A model generated the notes under the pieces. It was not told the DNA's origin, did not search any database, and was given only the letters and a program-made list of their open reading frames with translations. The translations under genes were made by a program, and so were the position numbers. DNA of 32,000 bases from Methanopyrus kandleri AV19 (GTDB lineage: Archaea; JAADCQ01; Methanopyri; Methanopyrales; Methanopyraceae): NCBI RefSeq assembly GCF_000007185.1, contig NC_003551.1, forward strand, positions 240,001-272,000, given 5' to 3'. Below are positions 25,405 to 32,000 of the stretch, piece by piece (position 1 is the stretch's first letter; every line of letters begins with the position of its first letter).

Positions 25405-26217
25405 CTACAGCCTCTCCTGGACGGCACCGATGAGCTCCCGGTACGCTTCTTCAAGCTTTCGCGGATCGGACCTTCGTGTCCTATCGAGCGGTGGGAGCCT
25501 GACCACCTCCAAGGGCTCCAGGACCTCGAGCAGGCTCAGCGTCACCGCCTCCGGGCCGGCGAGCGTCTCGGCAGCCCGGGCGTAGTCCCTGAGATCGTAC
25601 ACCAGGGCCGTGCCGGGACCGACGGCGACGGCCACGCCGTCGTACTTGAGGACGCCGGGCCAGGGAACGGCCAGGTTGTTCAGGCTCTCCACCAGTACGG
25701 GACCCTCCTTACGGACTCGACTCCAGGCCCGGTCGATCGTCCGACGCAGCTCTTCGGGAGCGGGTTCCTCGCGGACTTCCCTCACCTCGCACTCACGGGC
25801 CATTTCCATCGTCTCGTCGGGCACGTACCTGAGTTCGGTCCCCTCCGTGTACAGGAACACGGTTTCGTCCAACCGGTCCATCAGGACGTACGCGTCGGTC
25901 TGGGCGGAGAAATACCTCAATGAGACGTCGGACTTCACCGCAGTCCCCACGTCGGGAGACGTCCACACGCGGTGAACGGGGTTGAGCGTGATCAACGGCA
26001 GATCAACCTCGGCGACCTTCGCCAGCTTGAGCACGTCACGACTGACGGGCAGCCCGAGCTCCACGCATCTGCGCGTATGGTCGTAGTGCAACCATACGTT
26101 ATGACCGGACCTGGGTTTGAACGGTACGAGGTCGAGCGCAGAGACCAGAGGCAACGCGGCGGTCGTCTTACCGGAGTCGGTTTCTAGAAGGCCGACGACC
26201 AGCACGACGTGCGTCAC
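25405..26217 (-). CDS. Predicted P-loop NTPase-like protein (dethiobiotin-synthetase/CobQ-like N-terminus), function unknown
   Basis: 270 aa. N-terminal VVLVVGLLETDSGKTT is a Walker-A-like loop. The remainder is unassigned. Confidence 0.5.
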   Translation of the reverse strand: MTHVVLVVGLLETDSGKTTAALPLVSALDLVPFKPRSGHNVWLHYDHTRRCVELGLPVSRDVLKLAKVAEVDLPLITLNPVHRVWTSPDVGTAVKSDVSLRYFSAQTDAYVLMDRLDETVFLYTEGTELRYVPDETMEMARECEVREVREEPAPEELRRTIDRAWSRVRKEGPVLVESLNNLAVPWPGVLKYDGVAVAVGPGTALVYDLRDYARAAETLAGPEAVTLSLLEVLEPLEVVRLPPLDRTRRSDPRKLEEAYRELIGAVQERL

Positions 26218-26245
26218 GGGCCCTGCCCCCGCGGGGTGAGAGGAG

Positions 26246-26977
26246 ATGTTGGAGTGGCGTCCCGAGCCCGGTTATGACCCTTTAGAGACAGCGGAACGTG
26301 TGCGTGGGTGGGTGTGTGAAGGAAGACGACGAAAGTACTACCGGTTCCGGGAGACCCGCTTCTACGGTGGATGCGCCACGGCCGACGCCGTGGGGTGCAA
26401 CCTCGACTGTGCTTACTGTTACGTTAATTACCCGCGGAGGCATCCCTGGGACCGACGCTGGAAGTTTCACCGGCCAATCGACGTTGTGGAGCGCCTGAAG
26501 AACATGGGGGGCGATGTCGTGCGTGTTTCCGGCTGCGAACCGACGCTGTGTAAGGAGCACATCCTCGAGCTCATCGAGCTCTGCGGGCGGGAACTCCCCG
26601 ACCGGAAGTTCGTCCTGGAGACGAACGGCACGATCCTGGGAGCCGACCGTTCGTTCGTGAGGGAACTAGGGAATCACGAACACGTTCACGTACGCGTGTG
26701 TCTGAAGGGGTACGATCCTCAATCGTTCGCGCGAATCACCAACGCGAACCCGGACGGGTTCGATCTACAGCTCCGGTGCTTAAGATATCTTTTTAAAGAG
26801 GGAATATCCTTCCACCCGGCCATACCCCGTCTGTTCCGCCCGGAAGATATCGACAAGCTAGCCGGAGTACTCTCGGACATCGGAGTCCCACCCTCATCAC
26901 TCGAAGTGGAGCCGATCAGGGTCTATGACCACGTCCGTAGGGAGTTGAGACGGCGGGGGCTAACGGTTGTGCGGTGA
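26246..26977 (+). CDS. Radical SAM protein (uncharacterised subfamily)
   Basis: 243 aa. GCNLDCAYCYV is a CxxxCxxC motif, preceded by YYRFRETRFYGGCATAD. GAGGAG ribosome-binding site. The 3' end overlaps the next gene by 11 nt. Confidence 0.85.
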   Translation: MLEWRPEPGYDPLETAERVRGWVCEGRRRKYYRFRETRFYGGCATADAVGCNLDCAYCYVNYPRRHPWDRRWKFHRPIDVVERLKNMGGDVVRVSGCEPTLCKEHILELIELCGRELPDRKFVLETNGTILGADRSFVRELGNHEHVHVRVCLKGYDPQSFARITNANPDGFDLQLRCLRYLFKEGISFHPAIPRLFRPEDIDKLAGVLSDIGVPPSSLEVEPIRVYDHVRRELRRRGLTVVR

Positions 26978-28979
26978 TCCAGGGCTTCTCACGCTGGTCT
27001 TGCTCATCCTACTACTAGCGGTGGCCTCTTTGCCCGCGGGTTCTGTGGTTTTGGCCTCGGCCTTAGCCCCCGTGGCGGTGGTCGGCGGACTAGCACTCGA
27101 GTACGGCCTCGTAGATCCGAGGACCGTGCCCGTGTTCGGACTACTCGCGGTCCCCGGACTCATCCTAGGACTCCGAACAGCCCGAAAATACCCCAAACAA
27201 CACCTACGCCACAGGCTAATCATAGCGGTAATTATCACAGTGACTTTTTTTCTTTCAAATTTAACAATATACGTGTTTAAGGGAACAGTATCTTTCGTAG
27301 CAGGCGGAGACGTACCCAGGCATGCTTCTCTAGCGTTGTCTTTCCTCACTACCGGTAAGCCTCCCGTTTTCTACGATACGTTGAGGCGGGAGTATCGTCC
27401 CGTTCATTACCCCTCGGGACTCGGACACGCGGCGATCACGGAGTCGATCGTGTCGTTGTTATTCCATCCGAAAGATCTACGGGAAGCGGCGAGCTGGCGA
27501 GTTCAGTACGGTTCAACAATTATTGAACTCGTTGAATACCATGTGAGCACAGCCATGATAGCATCAGCCATCATCGACATCATCCTCCTTACGCTCGGAC
27601 GATTGCCTATTTTAGTAGCTACACTTGTAGCATGCGCAATATATTTGACGTATCCTGGACCGGTGCCGTTCTTTCAGTCACTAGCTATGCTATCAGCATC
27701 GATCGTAGCTATAATTCTTAATTCACGATGGATTTCAACATTTTTAATACTAAGTGCTGTAGTAATTCATTTCTATAGTGTGGTGGTCATGAGCTTACTT
27801 ATTCCAGTTCTGATCCAAACTAGAAAACAATCCACTATATCGTTACTCCTTGGTATGGCAACTGGAATCATTATACAATTCCCTTACGTACACTGGAGTG
27901 CGGCAGTGCATTTCCCACGTTATCCAGCCCACCCGAATCACTTACCACCAGATCGGGAGTTAGGGCCGATAGTGTACATAATACAATTTATGTTTACAGC
28001 ATTTGCTGCATATCCACCGTTCATTTTCCCCAATGCTAGTGATATGCTATATACTATCCCATTTATAGCCGCTGTAATGTTAATACTTATCAGAATTCGG
28101 AAATTATTACCGCAAGATCTCAAAATAATATGGATCATGTATATAACCACTATTGTTATCTTAGGAGTTACCTTCGGGCGATTCATTGGAAAACGATTTT
28201 TATTTACTGCACCATTGTTAACGACTTTAACTTTAGGTTTTGCAGCAGCAAATTACCACTTATTAGCGCTCAGTATACTAATTAGTTATTGCGCTTTAAC
28301 TACTGATTGGTGGTACATATATTTCATTAATACTCCACCAATCGATGTATTAGAAAAACATTGGAAACTATTCTATAATTCATTCTGCAAGGGTGAGACT
28401 ATCGCTACAGTATCAATAGGCTTACTGCCATTCACATCCACATGGAAACCACAAAAGGTAGCTCAGGTAGTTAGAACGTTCCCAGAACCAGGTTTGCCCA
28501 TATTGGTTACTGAAGAGGAAAACAACCTCACCCTAAGACTTCTACCGTTAACTCAAGTCAAAGGCAAATACATCGTGGAGAAGTTACCACCAACGAAACG
28601 TGTCTGGTCAGTCGACGACCGGGCAGGCTCATTCAGACGGAACGTCCTAGTAGCAGCGGAACGGTACGACTCACACGTCCTGACGTATGTGGCAATAATG
28701 AGCTACGGCTCGGTACCCACCGTGTTAGTCATTAAGGGGAAGACGTGGGGAGCCTCCATGGCCTTCATGACACTCATGGAGCCTACCGATGATTTATCAG
28801 TGTTTATCAGGACGCGACATGTCCCCAACGGGTATTTAGTCAGAATCTCAGATTGGCAAGGTGTGAGGGTTATGAAGATAACGATCTCCGGGGCCAGATG
28901 GGTTGGTGATAAACTGGTGTTCCACGGATCTCTGAGGGACCTCATCGCGAACATACGAGTCACCGGCGACTTGGTTTAA
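26967..28979 (+). CDS. Large polytopic membrane protein, paralog A (>=12 predicted TM helices plus a ~190-aa C-terminal soluble domain)
   Basis: 670 aa, TTG start. Motifs shared with paralog B: PPVFYDTLR.EYRPVHYPSGLGH, PFFQSLAML, PYVHWS..FPRYPAHPNHLPPDR, LLPFT.TWKP, VVRTFPEP. Confidence 0.8.
   Translation: MCGDPGLLTLVLLILLLAVASLPAGSVVLASALAPVAVVGGLALEYGLVDPRTVPVFGLLAVPGLILGLRTARKYPKQHLRHRLIIAVIITVTFFLSNLTIYVFKGTVSFVAGGDVPRHASLALSFLTTGKPPVFYDTLRREYRPVHYPSGLGHAAITESIVSLLFHPKDLREAASWRVQYGSTIIELVEYHVSTAMIASAIIDIILLTLGRLPILVATLVACAIYLTYPGPVPFFQSLAMLSASIVAIILNSRWISTFLILSAVVIHFYSVVVMSLLIPVLIQTRKQSTISLLLGMATGIIIQFPYVHWSAAVHFPRYPAHPNHLPPDRELGPIVYIIQFMFTAFAAYPPFIFPNASDMLYTIPFIAAVMLILIRIRKLLPQDLKIIWIMYITTIVILGVTFGRFIGKRFLFTAPLLTTLTLGFAAANYHLLALSILISYCALTTDWWYIYFINTPPIDVLEKHWKLFYNSFCKGETIATVSIGLLPFTSTWKPQKVAQVVRTFPEPGLPILVTEEENNLTLRLLPLTQVKGKYIVEKLPPTKRVWSVDDRAGSFRRNVLVAAERYDSHVLTYVAIMSYGSVPTVLVIKGKTWGASMAFMTLMEPTDDLSVFIRTRHVPNGYLVRISDWQGVRVMKITISGARWVGDKLVFHGSLRDLIANIRVTGDLV
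27016..27208 (+). repeat. 5' conserved block, copy 1 (193 bp; partner 29060..29252)
   Basis: By-eye alignment at offset 2044 gives 5 mismatches in 193 bp. The first 97 nt are identical. Confidence 0.9.
28873..28972 (+). repeat. 3' conserved block, copy 1 (100 bp, identical to 30947..31046)
   Basis: By-eye alignment at offset 2074 gives 100/100 identity. The block ends 7 nt before each stop codon. Confidence 0.9.
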
Positions 28980-29013
28980 GAGTGCGTGTGAACGTGCCGT
29001 AGGGGGCCAGTTA

Positions 29014-31053
29014 TTGAGTGACCCCGGGCTTTTCATGCTGATCTTACTAGTCCTGTTATTAGCGGTGGCCTCTTTGCCCGCGGGTTCTGTGGTTTTGGCC
29101 TCGGCCTTAGCCCCCGTGGCGGTGGTCGGCGGACTAGCACTCGAGTACGGCCTCGTGGACCCGAGGATCGTACCCGCGTTCGGACTACTCGCGGTCCCCG
29201 GACTCATCCTAGGACTCCGAACAGCCCGAAAATACCCCAAACAACACCTACGTCATAGACTAACTATAGCAGTAATCCTGCTGACGGCATATCTCTCAGT
29301 GGACTTGACCTTATACGCTTTCAAAGGGAATATCGGCGCTACTATGGGTGATCCTTCAAGACATGCCTCTTACGCGCTAACGTTGTTAACCGCGGGTGAG
29401 CCCCCGGTTTTCTACGATACACTGAGACAGGAGTACCGTCCAGTCCATTATCCGTCCGGTCTCGGTCACATCGCGATTACGGAGTCGATCGTATCGTGCC
29501 TGTACCATCCGAAGGATGTACAGGAGGCCGCAAGCTGGCAGGTTCAATTCGGATCAGTATTCCTTGAACTACTTGAACATCACTTGGACGCGGCGTTGAT
29601 AACGTCCTCGATAGTCGATCTTCTGTTGATCGCACGCGGACGGTTACCAATCTATATAATACCCCCTCTAGCATACATAACATACCTAACATGCACCGCA
29701 CAATATGCAGAATTCATACCGTTCTTCCAATCACTAGCAATGCTTGCCGCCTCGGCAGTGGCACTTATACTCAATTCACGATTGCTATCAGGGCTTCTCG
29801 CACTAGGAGCCATAGCAATCCATGCCTATGGTGTTATAATTGTAACAACGTTAATTCTAGCTTTACTATGGGCTAAGAAAACCAGAATTACAACTGTAAC
29901 CCCAATACTTTTAGGAACTATAATCGGAGCTATTATGCAATATCCCTATGTACACTGGAGCGTAATGACATATTTCCCACGCTATCCGGCCCACCCTAAT
30001 CATCTACCGCCAGATCGTATACTTAGCCCAGTAGCGTGTCTATTACAGTTCTTTTTCACAGCATTTGCAGCGTATCCCATGATTCTATTCCCTACAACTA
30101 ATAGCTTACCTTATGTGTTGCCATTTACAGTAATCAATGTTTTAATCATTATTAAAGTCCGTAAATTACTTCCCTCTGTTCTTAGAGTAATGTGGATAAC
30201 ATGTATAGTTACAATTCTAGCATTAGCTGTGGTTTCCGGAAGTATAGTCGGAGGACGTCTTTTAGTTGTAGTTCCATTACTAACAGCTATGAGTTTAGTT
30301 CTACCAGCAGCAAATAGAAACTTATTAGCACTAGGAGCATTATTTGGATATTGTGCGCTAACTATTCATTGGTGGCTTGCAATCATAATACATGGAAATG
30401 AAGGTATTAGTACACTACCGGTTTGGGTTCTAAAAGAACATTGGAATATATTCTATAAATCCCTTTGTAATAAAGACGTTATAGCCACTCTACCCGAAGG
30501 CTTGCTCCCATTTACATGTACATGGAAACCACGTGAAGTTGCTTACGTAGTTCGAACGTTCCCTGAACCTTACACCTCTATACTGTTGACAGCCAAGGAG
30601 GGTAGTGAGATATTACTATACGCACCTCCGGTGCGAGCTGAAAGAGGATACATTGTAAAGAAGTTGCCACCTCCGGGGCGCGTCTGGGTGGCCGGTAACC
30701 GCGCTGGGTCACTCCGATGTAACGTCCTGATCGGAGCGGAACGGTACAACCGTCAGGTGATAATACACGTTAACGTGGTTAACTACAGTTGGGTACCTAT
30801 ACCCACAATAAACATCAAAGGAAAGCTCCGGAAGAGGGCGATAGTGCTCTCAACACCGAAATCGAGCACGTTACCGGCTATCAATGTCCACCGTATTCCG
30901 GAGGGTTTCCTTGTCAGGATCTCGTATTCGCACGGTGTGAGAGTTGTGAAGATAACGATCTCCGGGGCCAGATGGGTTGGTGATAAACTGGTGTTCCACG
31001 GATCTCTGAGGGACCTCATCGCGAACATACGAGTCACCGGCGACTTAGTCTGA
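29014..31053 (+). CDS. Large polytopic membrane protein, paralog B (tandem duplicate of 26967..28979)
   Basis: 679 aa, TTG start after AGGGGG (alternative ATG at 29035). Colinear with paralog A throughout. Confidence 0.8.
   Translation: MSDPGLFMLILLVLLLAVASLPAGSVVLASALAPVAVVGGLALEYGLVDPRIVPAFGLLAVPGLILGLRTARKYPKQHLRHRLTIAVILLTAYLSVDLTLYAFKGNIGATMGDPSRHASYALTLLTAGEPPVFYDTLRQEYRPVHYPSGLGHIAITESIVSCLYHPKDVQEAASWQVQFGSVFLELLEHHLDAALITSSIVDLLLIARGRLPIYIIPPLAYITYLTCTAQYAEFIPFFQSLAMLAASAVALILNSRLLSGLLALGAIAIHAYGVIIVTTLILALLWAKKTRITTVTPILLGTIIGAIMQYPYVHWSVMTYFPRYPAHPNHLPPDRILSPVACLLQFFFTAFAAYPMILFPTTNSLPYVLPFTVINVLIIIKVRKLLPSVLRVMWITCIVTILALAVVSGSIVGGRLLVVVPLLTAMSLVLPAANRNLLALGALFGYCALTIHWWLAIIIHGNEGISTLPVWVLKEHWNIFYKSLCNKDVIATLPEGLLPFTCTWKPREVAYVVRTFPEPYTSILLTAKEGSEILLYAPPVRAERGYIVKKLPPPGRVWVAGNRAGSLRCNVLIGAERYNRQVIIHVNVVNYSWVPIPTINIKGKLRKRAIVLSTPKSSTLPAINVHRIPEGFLVRISYSHGVRVVKITISGARWVGDKLVFHGSLRDLIANIRVTGDLV
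29060..29252 (+). repeat. 5' conserved block, copy 2 (partner 27016..27208)
   Basis: Same alignment as copy 1. Confidence 0.9.
30947..31046 (+). repeat. 3' conserved block, copy 2 (identical to 28873..28972)
   Basis: Same alignment as copy 1. Confidence 0.9.
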
Positions 31054-31206
31054 CGGTTGAGAGGGGAACTAGGTCGGGTAAGGCCCCTGTTCGTCATCGC
31101 GTAGCTCCGACGAAACCTCCCTCCTCATCCCCTCGAGTTCGTTCGGGGTGGAACGGTCGGGGAAGCCCAGGTACAGGTCATCAGGGACTCCCCCGGTACG
31201 GCCTCC

Positions 31207-32000
31207 TCATCCCGTGAGCCGATCGAGTGCCTCTTCGAAGGCTTCCTCGGTGCGTTCCAGGTCCGTCTCGGTGTGCGCGATGGACAGGAACCAGGCCTCG
31301 TAATTCGAGGCCGCGATCCATACGCCGTGCTCTAACAACTCCCTGTGGAACCGCTTGAACGCATCGTGGTCGGCCGAGTTTACGTCGGCGTAATCTCGGA
31401 CCTCTTCGATCCCGAAGTACACCTGGAACATGGACTCCACTCGGTTCACGACTCCTTCGATGCCACGGTCCTCGAGGCCGTCCTCCAGGGCGGAGGCCAA
31501 CCGCTCCGCCTTCGATGAGAGTTCGTCGTAGGGTCGTTCACGTTCGAGTACCTCGAGCGTCACCAGGCCCGCCGTAGCCGACACCGGGTTGCCGTTGAAC
31601 GTGCCGGCCTGGTATACTTTGCCCTCGGGTGCAACGCGCGACATGTACTCCTCCGGGCCTCCGAAGGCCCCTATCGGGAGCCCTCCTCCCAGGATCTTAC
31701 CCAGGCAGACGAGGTCCGCGTCGATACCGTAGTACTCCTGGGCACCACCCAACTCCAGTCGGAATCCCGTGATCACCTCGTCGAAGATCAGCAACCGCTC
31801 GGTCCCGTCGCAGTACTCGCGAAGTACTTTCAGGAACTCCTCGTCGGGGGGCACACAGCCGGCGTTACCCAGCACGGGTTCCACGATCACCGCACCGATC
31901 TCCTCGTCGAACCTCTCCACGGTCTCCACGAAAGCTTCGACGTCGTTGAACGGGCAGACGAGGGTGTTCTCCGCCACCGACTCCGGGATACCCGGTGAGT
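31207..32000 (-). CDS. hemL: Glutamate-1-semialdehyde 2,1-aminomutase (C-terminal ~264 codons; N-terminus lies beyond the right window edge)
   Basis: VIVEPVLGNAGCVPP, LLIFDEVITGFRL, LGKILGGGLPIGAFGG are class III aminotransferase/HemL motifs. The frame stays open upstream of the GTG at 31977 to the window end (..SPGIPESVAENTLV). Confidence 0.9.
   Translation of the reverse strand, partial: SPGIPESVAENTLVCPFNDVEAFVETVERFDEEIGAVIVEPVLGNAGCVPPDEEFLKVLREYCDGTERLLIFDEVITGFRLELGGAQEYYGIDADLVCLGKILGGGLPIGAFGGPEEYMSRVAPEGKVYQAGTFNGNPVSATAGLVTLEVLERERPYDELSSKAERLASALEDGLEDRGIEGVVNRVESMFQVYFGIEEVRDYADVNSADHDAFKRFHRELLEHGVWIAASNYEAWFLSIAHTETDLERTEEAFEEALDRLTG

Noticed and set aside
26960-27349. Two similar minus-strand ORFs (26960..27349 and 28848..29240) sharing ..FRAVRSPRMSPGTASSPN..
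   Set aside because: Their similarity is a by-product of the duplicated 193-bp 5' block of the membrane paralogs read antisense. The composition is Ser/Pro/Thr/Ala junk.
26967-31053. CRISPR array or mobile element as the explanation for the repeated blocks
   Set aside because: There are only two copies about 2 kb apart, both inside long colinear ORFs. No short regular repeat-spacer pattern, terminal inverted repeats or transposase/integrase gene is present.
31120-31213. 12-nt direct repeat CCTCCTCATCCC at 31120..31131 and 31202..31213, downstream of and overlapping the hemL stop
   Set aside because: It is a single short pair in GC/pyrimidine-rich sequence with no associated structure or ORF. 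This is compatible with chance.

Overview
High-GC (about 60%) archaeal chromosomal segment. Gene content and the very acidic proteins fit a hyperthermophilic hydrogenotrophic methanogen, most likely Methanopyrus kandleri-like; this assignment is inference only. About 33 tightly packed protein genes sit on both strands. No rRNA, tRNA, CRISPR array or transposase was recognised.

Core content:
- Methanogenesis and energy genes: two hdrA paralogs, an mvhD-mvhG-mvhA-hdrA operon, and a stand-alone Cys-type formylmethanofuran dehydrogenase subunit B.
- Housekeeping genes: rpl10e, ppsA, aEF-1beta, cgi121, pheS, leuA/cimA, hemL.
- Several lineage-restricted hypothetical proteins.

Most notable points:
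1. The left-edge hdrA has an in-frame TGA (375..377, minus strand) that is almost certainly selenocysteine. The window also carries the all-Cys counterparts (hdrA, mvhDGA, fwdB).
2. A translationally coupled operon (10695..13048) encodes a split YeeE/YedE transporter, a DUF3343 Se/S-carrier-like fusion and a YjeF_C-like kinase-fold protein. A TusA/YedF-like gene and a dehydratase/double-cubane-like protein with its ATPase lie nearby. Together these suggest an uncharacterised selenium/sulfur-handling neighbourhood.
3. Two tandem 670-680 aa polytopic membrane paralogs (26967..31053) have near-identical GC-rich termini (193 bp at 97% identity, 100 bp at 100%) around diverged, strongly AT-rich cores. 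They follow a radical-SAM gene.
4. Sharp intragenic low-GC patches occur in mvhD, around the fwdB active site, and in the dehydratase-like gene.
5. A roughly 300-nt ORF-free, helix-rich GC-rich region (22553..22935) sits next to an AT-rich promoter-like core and is a candidate structured RNA of unassigned family.

All functional calls rest on my own motif and family recognition. No database search was run.
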